DNA of 64,000 nt. It comes from Clostridia bacterium. GTDB taxonomy: Bacteria > Bacillota > Clostridia > Oscillospirales > CAG-272. The position numbers and the translations under genes are program-made. The stretch lies in the NCBI GenBank assembly GCA_017456895.1, contig JAFTIN010000014.1, positions 22,883 to 86,882 on the forward strand. The letters run 5' to 3'. Numbering within the stretch: position 1 is the stretch's first letter; each line of letters starts with the position of its first letter. The notes below the pieces were generated by a model. The model saw only the letters and a program-made list of their open reading frames with translations. It was not told the DNA's origin and did no database searches. Positions 56,292-64,000 of the stretch are shown here, piece after piece.

Positions 56292-57131
56292 TCACTTAAG
56301 CTCATCTTCAATCTTTTTGAGGTCAGCGACCGCAACGAGGTACAGATCCTCCTTGGGCGCCTGACCGTGCCACTCACAGGAGTTCTCCATATATGAAACT
56401 CCCTTACCCTTAACCGACTTTGCAATAATGACGGTGGGCTTGCCCTTCACCGCGCGAGCCTCGAGGAAGGCCGCTTCAATGGAGTCGAAGTCGTGAGCGT
56501 CGATAGTGATTACGTGCCAGCCAAAAGCACGGAATTTTTCGTCATGGGGGGTAGGATTCATAACATCCGTTATGGGGCCGTCTATCTGGAGGCCGTTGAG
56601 GTCAAGGATAGCAACGAGGTTATCAAGCTTGTAATGAGAGGCAAACATAGCCGCCTCCCAAACCTGTCCTTCCTCGCTCTCACCGTCACCGAGAATAGAG
56701 TACACTCTGTAGGAGTCACCCGAGACCTTAGCCGAGAGAGCCATACCGCAGGCGGTGGAGAATCCGAGGCCGAGCGAGCCGGTGGACATATCCACGCCGG
56801 GAACTCCCTTCATATCCGGGTGTCCCTGGAGTCTTGAAGCAGTCTTTCTGAGAGTCTTAAGCTCCTCCTTAGGGAAAAAGCCGCGCTCTGCAAGAGTGGA
56901 GTAAAGACCGGGAGCTGTATGCCCCTTGGAAAGGACAAATCTATCCCTGCCCTCATCCTTAGGGTTATTCGGGTCCACGTTCATCTCTGCAAAATAGAGA
57001 TAAGTAAGAATATCCGCGATGGATAGTGAACCACCGGGGTGTCCGCACTTGGCGTTATATACTGCCTCGATAATTCCCTGACGGACATTGTTTGCTAATT
57101 TCTTGAGCTTTAATTTGGTTGACTGATCCAT
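56292..57131 (-). CDS. Transketolase, N-terminal (thiamine-diphosphate-binding) subunit
   Basis: The sequence contains GHPGGSLS, SKGHTAPGLY and GDGESEEGQVWEA. The ATG at 57131 follows ggaggg with short spacing; the ATG at 57149 has no SD. Confidence 0.9.
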   Translation of the reverse strand: MDQSTKLKLKKLANNVRQGIIEAVYNAKCGHPGGSLSIADILTYLYFAEMNVDPNNPKDEGRDRFVLSKGHTAPGLYSTLAERGFFPKEELKTLRKTASRLQGHPDMKGVPGVDMSTGSLGLGFSTACGMALSAKVSGDSYRVYSILGDGESEEGQVWEAAMFASHYKLDNLVAILDLNGLQIDGPITDVMNPTPHDEKFRAFGWHVITIDAHDFDSIEAAFLEARAVKGKPTVIIAKSVKGKGVSYMENSCEWHGQAPKEDLYLVAVADLKKIEDELK

Positions 57132-57262
57132 ACTCCCTCCGGATTGCATATTTTTACGTTTATTATTTTACACTATATAATTTAAAAAGTCAACTAATTT
57201 TAAATACTTAACAGTATTTTTTAATAAAAGTTAATATAGGCGTGGATACGATGCACACGCGC

Positions 57263-57296
57263 AAAGAAAAAAGAGGACGCAGATCTGCGTCCTCTT
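57263..57296 (-). terminator. Intrinsic terminator after the 57309..57956 gene
   Basis: The stem aagaggacgc/gcgtcctctt is followed on the minus strand by ttttcttt. Confidence 0.8.
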
Positions 57297-57308
57297 CAAT
57301 ATTCGGAA

Positions 57309-57956
57309 TTAATAGATCACTGTGTTGTAGTACTGATAGATGAACATAGGAATCGCAACAACTGCTCCTACTACGAAGAGGGCAGTCATAGGATCGAGGT
57401 TGATGTAAACGGTATAATCTACGAACTGCTTTACAAAGTAAGCAACGCCGATACCGCCTGCTGCAGCGGTGATAACCATTTCAAGATACTTACGAAGAAC
57501 AAGAGCGATAACGGTAAGAACAACTGCAACACCGATGGAAACGGGAACGTTACCCTTGGTAAGAGCGGTGATCTCAACAAGGAAGAGCGCGTTAACACAG
57601 ATGTTATAAGTGTCAAAACCAATGCAACCAACATAAACGAGGTTGTATATCATTCTGGACATAACGGCTGCGAAGACACCCACTGCGATGCCGACAGCGT
57701 ATGCGGGAAAGGAAGGAACGAATTTAGCAACGAAGGGAGCGATCCAATGAACGGATGCAACAAAGCCTATCGCGAAGAGAAGAACGACGCGGATAAGGTC
57801 GGAAAGTCGTCTGCCAAAGAGTCCGACAATAAGGCATACCGCTAAAAGCAGAATGGGATAAAAGATTCCGAGGGATGCAACAAAGCTGTTGTACGAAGCC
57901 ACGATAGGAGCTACCGAGGGCTCAGTCAGGACTGAGTTTAAGATCGAAGTAAACAT
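57309..57956 (-). CDS. Hypothetical polytopic membrane protein (215 aa, about 6 TM segments)
   Basis: The SD is gaggt. It has its own consensus promoter (TTGACA, 17-nt spacer, TGcTACAAT at about 58010-58040, minus strand). I recognise no family. Confidence 0.5.
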   Translation of the reverse strand: MFTSILNSVLTEPSVAPIVASYNSFVASLGIFYPILLLAVCLIVGLFGRRLSDLIRVVLLFAIGFVASVHWIAPFVAKFVPSFPAYAVGIAVGVFAAVMSRMIYNLVYVGCIGFDTYNICVNALFLVEITALTKGNVPVSIGVAVVLTVIALVLRKYLEMVITAAAGGIGVAYFVKQFVDYTVYINLDPMTALFVVGAVVAIPMFIYQYYNTVIY

Positions 57957-58073
57957 ATCTAATACCTCACATAATTTTTCGTCATCCTAAATTGTAGCAC
58001 AATAATAAACTATTGTCAAGCAATTTTTGCATTTTTTTGCCTCAAAGGGTATATATAATACAAAATACGGGAA

Positions 58074-58559
58074 TCAGTACGTCTTCCCTTCAAGGGTAGG
58101 ATAAAGATTGTAGATCGTCCTGCCCGCTCTTGAGGCCATACGTACCGTCTGTGCCGCGCCGCTGTACGGATTGTCGACATAGGCAATCAGCATATCAGCG
58201 AGGTCGACAAGACGCTGATTCCTGACTCTCATACACCCTTCGGTATAAACCTCCGAGACGTACTCAACCTCATCCGCATTCATGAGCGTATACTCATAAA
58301 GAGCAATCTGACGCTCAGACCATGCATCGCTCTGATTTTTGCAAGGGATGATGATATGAAGCCTGATATCCGGATGTGTCAGACGAAAGCGGATGATCTC
58401 CTTTGCTGCGGCTGTATCAAAGCCTAAAGCCCCTCCGGTCAGGAAGGTTCGGCACCCCGCCTCATAAGCGAAGGATATGGCGCGAAGGAGGAGACTATCC
58501 ATCATGCCCTTATGTCTGTCTTCAATTTTTCTGTGACCGGTAAAGGCACATGTAGTCAT
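58074..58559 (-). CDS. SLOG-fold DUF1273 family protein (YpsA-like)
   Basis: CAFTGHRK, TFLTGGALGFDTAAA, IIIPCKNQSDAW and RNQRLVDLADMLIAYVD match my recollection of the DUF1273/YpsA pattern. Confidence 0.65.
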   Translation of the reverse strand: MTTCAFTGHRKIEDRHKGMMDSLLLRAISFAYEAGCRTFLTGGALGFDTAAAKEIIRFRLTHPDIRLHIIIPCKNQSDAWSERQIALYEYTLMNADEVEYVSEVYTEGCMRVRNQRLVDLADMLIAYVDNPYSGAAQTVRMASRAGRTIYNLYPTLEGKTY

Positions 58560-58640
58560 AATTCTCCTCCCTTTTTATCGATTGGTATTTCATCAAGTTT
58601 TATGCGGAATATGACAATTTTAGTTATCATAAAGAAGGGT

Positions 58641-60560
58641 TTATTCGAGTTCGAATGCTCCTGTGTAGAGACTGTAGTACTGTCCCTTTTGTTCAATTAG
58701 ATCGTCATGGGATCCGCGTTCAATAATTACGCCGTGGTCAAGCACCATAATAACGTCGCTGTTTTGTACGGTGGACAGACGATGTGCGATAACGAATACA
58801 GTACGACCGTGCATAAGGGCATCCATACCGCGCTGAACGATCTGCTCCGTCCTGGTATCTATCGAGGATGTGGCCTCGTCAAGTATCATTACGGGCGGAT
58901 CGGCTACAGCCGCTCTGGCTATAGCGATAAGCTGACGCTGTCCTTGGGAGAGGTTGGCACCGTTGCCGGTAAGCATAGTGTTGTAGCCATCGGGAAGTCT
59001 TGTAACAAAGTCGTCAGCACCCGAGAGCTTAGATGCGGCGATACACTCCTCATCCGTGGCATCGAGCTTACCGTATCGGATGTTATCCATAACCGTACCC
59101 GTAAAGAGATTGGTCTCCTGGAGAACTATGCCAAGCGACTTACGCAGCTCGCTCTTTTTGATCTTGTTAATATTGATACCGTCGTATCTGATCTTGCCGT
59201 CGGCTATATCGTAGAAACGGTTGATAAGATTTGTGATCGTGGTCTTACCCGCGCCTGTGGCTCCAACGAAAGCAACCTTCTGCCCGGGCTCAGCGTAGAG
59301 AGTGATGTCCTTGAGGACAGGCTTTCCCTCCTCGTACTCGAAGTCAACATTTGTCATTCTTACATCACCCATAAGCGGAACATATGTGATAGTACCGTCG
59401 GACTTGTGCGGATGTTTCCATGCCCACTTACCCGTGTGCTCACGGCACTCTACAAGGGTACCGTCAATATCCCTCACGTTAACGAGAGTTACATATCCCT
59501 CGTCCTTCTCCGGCTCCTCGTCAAGGAGCTCAAAGATTCGCGACGCGCCTGCAAGACCCATTACTACGGAGTTGATCTGGTGGGATACCTGGCTGACGTT
59601 ACCTGTAAACTGCTTCGTCATATTAAGGAACGGAACCACCAATGCGACGGTGAATATCGCGTTTTCAGAGCCGCCGAGAGAGAGGTTCGATGCCCCGGAG
59701 ATGAGAAGCGCGCTACCAACGATGGCAACGATTATATAAAGGATGTTTCCAATATTACCGAGGATAGGGCCGAGAACGTTGGCGTATCTGTTGGCCTGTA
59801 CAGCCTCATGATAAAGCTCGTCGTTGACCTTATCAAAATTTTCCTTACTTTCCTCCTCGTGACAGAAGACCTTGATTACCTTTTGTCCGTTCATCATCTC
59901 CTCAACGTATCCCTCGGTTTTACCGATGGCTATCTGCTGACGAACGAAGTGACGTGCGGATCCACCGCCTATTTTACCGGTAACGAAGAGCATAAGAGCA
60001 ACTCCGACGAAGACGACTATAGAAAGCCATACCGAGAGCGAAAGCATAACGCAAACGAGCACCGAGACGGTTATTATTGTCATCAGGAGCTGAGGTATAC
60101 TTTGGGAAACAAGCTGACGGAGGGTGTCGATGTCATTTGTGTAATAACTCATCACGTCGCCGTGATTATGAGTGTCAAAATATTTGATTGGAAGATCCTG
60201 CATTCTATCAAACATCTTATCACGGAACTTTTTAAGCGTGTTCTGCGTGATGGTAACCATTAGCTGGTTATAGGTGAAGGACGAAATAAGTGATGCAAGA
60301 TACAAGCAACCGAGGGTGACTACAAGGCGGATAACGTCACTGCGTACGTCCGACCAACCGAGCCCCTCCTCTACCGCAACGCCGATGATCTCGTAGACCT
60401 GACGCATAAAGAGCGCGGGGATAGCGCCTATGGCGGCGGAAAGAATGATACAGCCGATGGTTATCGGCAAAAGACGCGGGAAGAAGGAGAAGAGCTCCTT
60501 CATAAGTCTTTTGAAGGTGCCGCGTTTAGCGCGCGGACGGGGTTTTCTGCTGGGTGCCAT
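58641..60560 (-). CDS. ABC exporter, fused permease/ATPase half-transporter
   Basis: It has six TM segments followed by an NBD with GATGAGKTT, LSQGQRQL and ILDEATSSID. Confidence 0.85.
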   Translation of the reverse strand: MAPSRKPRPRAKRGTFKRLMKELFSFFPRLLPITIGCIILSAAIGAIPALFMRQVYEIIGVAVEEGLGWSDVRSDVIRLVVTLGCLYLASLISSFTYNQLMVTITQNTLKKFRDKMFDRMQDLPIKYFDTHNHGDVMSYYTNDIDTLRQLVSQSIPQLLMTIITVSVLVCVMLSLSVWLSIVVFVGVALMLFVTGKIGGGSARHFVRQQIAIGKTEGYVEEMMNGQKVIKVFCHEEESKENFDKVNDELYHEAVQANRYANVLGPILGNIGNILYIIVAIVGSALLISGASNLSLGGSENAIFTVALVVPFLNMTKQFTGNVSQVSHQINSVVMGLAGASRIFELLDEEPEKDEGYVTLVNVRDIDGTLVECREHTGKWAWKHPHKSDGTITYVPLMGDVRMTNVDFEYEEGKPVLKDITLYAEPGQKVAFVGATGAGKTTITNLINRFYDIADGKIRYDGININKIKKSELRKSLGIVLQETNLFTGTVMDNIRYGKLDATDEECIAASKLSGADDFVTRLPDGYNTMLTGNGANLSQGQRQLIAIARAAVADPPVMILDEATSSIDTRTEQIVQRGMDALMHGRTVFVIAHRLSTVQNSDVIMVLDHGVIIERGSHDDLIEQKGQYYSLYTGAFELE

Positions 60561-62305
60561 CAGTCCTCACCTCCCTTGTTGTTCTGCGAGAGGTAGGTCT
60601 CGCGATATACTTCATTGGTAGCAATCAAATAGTCGTGATTGCCCATCGCTATGATCTTTCCACCATCGAGAACTATGATCTTGTCGGCATCCTGCACCGA
60701 AGAGATACGCTGAGCGATAATAAGCTTTGTGGTCTCGGGAATATATTCCCTCATCGACTTACGTATAAAAGCGTCGGTCTTGGTATCTACCGCGCTGGTG
60801 GAGTCATCAAGAATGAGTATCTTCGGCTTTTTGAGAAGGGCTCTGGCAATGCAGAGTCTTTGCTTCTGTCCTCCGGAAACGTTAGCTCCTCCCTGCTCTA
60901 TGTAAGTATCATAGCCGTCCGGGAAACGGTCGATAAACTCGTCCGCGCAGGCGAGATGACATGCATGGCGCATTTCTTCATCTGTGGCGTCCTTTTTGCC
61001 CCAACGGAGATTCTCCTTTATCGTGCCTGAGAAGAGCACGTTCTTCTGAAGAACTACGGCAACGTTGTTTCTGAGTGACTCAACGTCGTAATCTCTGACG
61101 TCGACTCCGCCAACCTTGACCGAGCCCTCGGTAACGTCGTAAAGACGGGAGATAAGCTGAACGAGAGTAGATTTAGAGGAGCCTGTGCCGCCGATAATTC
61201 CGATAGTCTGGCCGGACTCGATCTTAAGATCAATATCCGAAAGAGCGTATCTCGAAGCGCTCTTGGAATACTTAAAGCTCACGTCAGTGAATTCTATTGA
61301 GCCGTCCTTAACTTCTGTTAAAGCGCCATTTTTGGAAACTATAGTTGACTTTTCGTTCAATACCTCGGTGATTCTGCGAGCAGACTCTATAGACATGGTA
61401 ATCATAACAAATACCATAGAAAGCATCATAAGACTGGAGAGTATCATAAATCCGTAGGTAAGAAGAGCAGATAGATGAGCAACGTTGAGCGCTGAGCCGC
61501 CGGTGGATACAACAGTGCGTGAGCCAATGGAGAGAATGAAGACCATAACGATATTCAAGCAGAGTTGCATTACGGGGTTATTGAGCGCGAGAAGTCTCTC
61601 TACCCTTGTAAAATCGACGCAAACGTCACGCGATGCGCGGCCAAATTTTTCCTTCTCGTAATCCTCACGTACAAAGGACTTAACAACTCTCATACCCTTG
61701 ATATTCTCCTGCACCGAGGAGTTCAGGTTATCGTATTTCTTAAAAACTCTGCGGAACATAGGCATCGCTTTCGTAGCTATTTTGAACACAGCGAAGCCGA
61801 GGATCGGAATGACCACAACGAATATCCAGGCAAGTCTGCCGCCGGTGATGAAAGCGGCCGCAATCGCAAAGATGAACATAAAGGGCGAGCGTATCGCCAT
61901 ACGAATGATCATCATATATGCATGCTGGACGTTGTTGACGTCGGTGGTGAGTCTTGTAACGAGCGAGGATGTAGAAAATCTGTCAATATTCTCAAAAGAA
62001 AAGTCCTGTACTGCGTAATAAAGATCGTGGCGAAGATTTCTTGCAAATCCACATGAGGCCTTAGCGGCGGTGAGTCCCGCGACTGCGCCGAAGATGAGCG
62101 AGAGGACGGCAAGGATCACCACGACTCCTCCGTATTTGAGCACTGTGACGAGCTCAACGGTTTCCTTCTCTTCAATCATCTTTACCATCTCGGCAATTAC
62201 AAAGGGAATTATACACTCGAGTATGACCTCAAAGAAAACGAGAATAGGTGTAAGTATGGACACCTTTTTAAACTCCCTTACACTTTTGAGTAAAGTTTTT
62301 ATCAT
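60560..62305 (-). CDS. ABC exporter, fused permease/ATPase half-transporter (partner of 58641..60560)
   Basis: It has six TM segments followed by an NBD with GGTGSSKST, VSGGQKQRL and ILDDSTSAVD. Its stop overlaps the downstream start, which suggests a heterodimer. Confidence 0.85.
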   Translation of the reverse strand: MIKTLLKSVREFKKVSILTPILVFFEVILECIIPFVIAEMVKMIEEKETVELVTVLKYGGVVVILAVLSLIFGAVAGLTAAKASCGFARNLRHDLYYAVQDFSFENIDRFSTSSLVTRLTTDVNNVQHAYMMIIRMAIRSPFMFIFAIAAAFITGGRLAWIFVVVIPILGFAVFKIATKAMPMFRRVFKKYDNLNSSVQENIKGMRVVKSFVREDYEKEKFGRASRDVCVDFTRVERLLALNNPVMQLCLNIVMVFILSIGSRTVVSTGGSALNVAHLSALLTYGFMILSSLMMLSMVFVMITMSIESARRITEVLNEKSTIVSKNGALTEVKDGSIEFTDVSFKYSKSASRYALSDIDLKIESGQTIGIIGGTGSSKSTLVQLISRLYDVTEGSVKVGGVDVRDYDVESLRNNVAVVLQKNVLFSGTIKENLRWGKKDATDEEMRHACHLACADEFIDRFPDGYDTYIEQGGANVSGGQKQRLCIARALLKKPKILILDDSTSAVDTKTDAFIRKSMREYIPETTKLIIAQRISSVQDADKIIVLDGGKIIAMGNHDYLIATNEVYRETYLSQNNKGGED

Positions 62306-62374
62306 TTCTAACCTTTCCGTTCCAAAAGGGAACTTGTGTCACGCATTATTAATAGCGCGTAAGCATACATAGTT

Positions 62375-62403
62375 ATTGTAGCACTTTATCATTTTTATGT
62401 CAA
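62375..62403 (-). promoter_or_regulatory. SigA-type promoter for the ABC exporter pair
   Basis: On the minus strand: TTGACA, 17-nt spacer, TGcTACAAT. Confidence 0.6.
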
Positions 62404-62450
62404 GTACAGTACGTGCAAATTTACCGACCGGTCATAATTCATTTTTTCTA

Positions 62451-62479
62451 TTGACAAAAGCAAAACGGTATGCTATAAT
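62451..62479 (+). promoter_or_regulatory. Consensus SigA-type promoter (extended -10) for the leader of the CNNM-type gene
   Basis: TTGACA, 17-nt spacer, TGcTATAAT. Confidence 0.7.
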
Positions 62480-62522
62480 ATATATCGTATATGCATATTG
62501 CATAATTTTCACGGAGGACATT

Positions 62523-62585
62523 ATGGACGACGGCGACGGGGAAACTTGTCATAGTATTAGAATAATCTGTATTCGTCAGGCTTAG
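62523..62585 (+). CDS. Candidate 20-aa leader peptide MDDGDGETCHSIRIICIRQA
   Basis: The ATG lies 5 nt after a ggagg SD. The TAG stop lies inside the 5' arm of the downstream terminator. The call is speculative. Confidence 0.3.
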   Translation: MDDGDGETCHSIRIICIRQA

Positions 62586-62615
62586 CCACTCGAGGAGTTG
62601 GTTACGCCTTTTTTT
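62579..62615 (+). terminator. Intrinsic terminator inside the 5' leader of the CNNM-type gene
   Basis: The stem ggcttagcca/tggttacgcc (one mismatch, one G-U pair) is followed by seven T residues. It lies about 100 nt upstream of the ATG at 62714. Confidence 0.65.
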
Positions 62616-62713
62616 GCTGCTCTCGTGAAAATATCAAAAACCGATTAGTAAAGACTAAAATATTATACATTCGAAAGGAATTTATTTCTCGTAAAGAGAA
62701 AAAAACAAAAATT

Positions 62714-64000
62714 ATGTTAATCATTATCCTACTCTGCGTCGTGATGAGCGCGTACTTCTCCGCAACGGAGACCGCCTTCAACACCTTCAACAGGATCAGG
62801 GTCAAAAATCTGGCTGAAAAGGGTAACAAGCGCGCTGCCCGAGCGCTCGAGCTTGCTGAAAACTACGATACCCTCATCTCCACCATTCTTATCGGTAACA
62901 ATATCGTAAACATTCTCGCTGCCTCGCTCTCTACCCTTTACTTCACCAATCTTCTGGCGGGTGGATCTGCAGCGCAGTTTGCGACTACAATATCCACAGC
63001 AGTGATGACGATCATCGTGCTCACCTTCGGCGAAATATCACCGAAGACTATAGCCAAGCAATCGCCCGACAAGTTCGTGCTCTTTGCAACGCCTCTCATC
63101 TCCGCGCTTGTTATTATTTTCAAGCCTCTGTCCTTCATCTTCAAGCAGCTGCAGAACCTGCTCTCCAAGATATTCAAGTCAGACGAGGATCAGGGTATGA
63201 CCGAGGAGGAGCTCATCTCCATTATCGAGGAGGCAGCCGAGGAAGGCGACCTTGACGAGGAAGAAAGCACGCTCATCAAATCGGCCATTGAGTTCAACGA
63301 GCTCGAGGTAGGCGACATTTTCACACCCCGTATCGATATCACCGCGGTACGCTCCGACATCACGAAAGAGGAGCTGGCCAAGGTATTTACCGAATCAGGT
63401 TATTCCCGTATTCCCATCTACGATGACGACCTCGATAACATCCACGGTATAGTATACTACAAGGATTTCTTCTCCGATGCGCACACGACCAATATTCCGA
63501 TTTCCGAGATCGTTAAGCCCGTAATGTACGTAACCAAGACACAGAAGATCAACGATCTTCTCAAGGACCTACAGGAAAAGCAGATGCACCTCGCAGTCGT
63601 TACGGACGAGTACGGTTCGACCGCAGGTATCGTCACACTCGAGGATATACTCGAGGAGATAGTAGGCGAGATCTGGGACGAGCATGACGAGATCGTCGAG
63701 GAGATCAAGGAGGTGGGCGAAGGCGAGTACATTGTCTCCGGAATGGCCAACCTTGAAAAGCTCTTTGAGGAGCTTGATATCGAGCTTGATGAGGAGCTCG
63801 ACGCCATGACCGTAAACGGTTGGGCGATGAAGATACTCGACAGGATCCCCGTGGAGGGTGACTCCTTCGAGGAGCTCGGACTCACGGTAAAGGTGCTTAA
63901 AATGGACGGCAGACGTATAGAGGACCTCCACATTCTCGACAATAGATCGACCGAGTCAGAAGAAAGCGATGAGAACGACGAGGACGATATAATCGAGTAA
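62714..64000 (+). CDS. CNNM/CorC-type (hemolysin family) membrane protein: DUF21, CBS pair and CorC_HlyC domains, with an acidic C-terminal tail
   Basis: The N-terminal TM domain contains FSATETAF. It is followed by a CBS-pair region, GIVTLEDILEEIVGEI, and a C-terminal transporter-associated domain. The stop is at 63998-64000. Confidence 0.85.
   Translation: MLIIILLCVVMSAYFSATETAFNTFNRIRVKNLAEKGNKRAARALELAENYDTLISTILIGNNIVNILAASLSTLYFTNLLAGGSAAQFATTISTAVMTIIVLTFGEISPKTIAKQSPDKFVLFATPLISALVIIFKPLSFIFKQLQNLLSKIFKSDEDQGMTEEELISIIEEAAEEGDLDEEESTLIKSAIEFNELEVGDIFTPRIDITAVRSDITKEELAKVFTESGYSRIPIYDDDLDNIHGIVYYKDFFSDAHTTNIPISEIVKPVMYVTKTQKINDLLKDLQEKQMHLAVVTDEYGSTAGIVTLEDILEEIVGEIWDEHDEIVEEIKEVGEGEYIVSGMANLEKLFEELDIELDEELDAMTVNGWAMKILDRIPVEGDSFEELGLTVKVLKMDGRRIEDLHILDNRSTESEESDENDEDDIIE

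Noticed and set aside
55334-56425. N-terminally extended versions of several track ORFs: 55334..56425, 36919..38016, 38446..39693, 23140..24312, 32790..36374, 15344..17371, 3251..4885 and 10940..12376.
   Set aside because: The extensions overlap upstream genes or lack SD sequences. Internal ATG or GTG codons with good SDs give N-termini typical of the respective families, so the starts were trimmed.
62397-62585. A 62-aa ORF upstream of the CNNM-type gene.
   Set aside because: Its start lies upstream of the mapped consensus promoter and has no SD. Only the last 20 codons, from the ATG at 62523, have a proper SD, and those are reported separately with low confidence.
1-64000. A search for tRNA or rRNA genes, CRISPR arrays, transposases, integrases, prophage genes and toxin-antitoxin pairs.
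   Set aside because: No ORF has recombinase or transposase motifs. No intergenic region shows tRNA T-arm or anticodon-arm patterns. No regularly spaced direct repeats are present.

Overview
The window looks like a Clostridia-type Firmicute chromosome segment. Markers for this are PolC, a class-3 FBPase, a split transketolase, nifS-nifU-mnmA, and the pyrH-frr-uppS-cdsA-dxr-rseP-ispG-polC block. GC content is moderate and codons strongly favour G/C endings, which produces many long spurious antisense ORFs. I found no tRNA, rRNA, CRISPR array, transposase, integrase or recognisable transcription-factor gene.

Most of the window is housekeeping:
- GH20 hexosaminidase, yajC, pdxK and murA
- a cluster of M18, M20 and M29 peptidases
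- fbp, livJHMGF and glk
- a secreted M3-like peptidase
- a heterodimeric ABC exporter and a CNNM/CorC-type protein

The non-routine parts are:
1. A tightly packed seven-gene operon of about 13 kb (23140-36461, minus strand). It encodes a ~1,176-aa solute-binding protein with no lipobox, two complete ABC permease pairs, an NHL-propeller/Yip1 membrane fusion and a 1,182-aa secreted protein. It has no ATPase or regulator gene. It is preceded by an AT-rich control region with twin 17-bp palindromes. This is my best candidate for an uncharacterised system.
2. A 5'-truncated SF1 helicase fused to a DUF559/Vsr-like nuclease (1-1829), followed by an AT-rich islet holding two orphan genes and a paralog remnant.
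3. Long terminator-containing leaders upstream of livJ and of the CNNM gene. The CNNM leader includes a 20-codon acidic ORF whose stop codon lies inside the terminator stem.
4. A tandem pair of structured repeats between frr and uppS, whose hairpin core recurs near 23.1 kb.

All product calls come from motifs read in the translations. No database search was possible.
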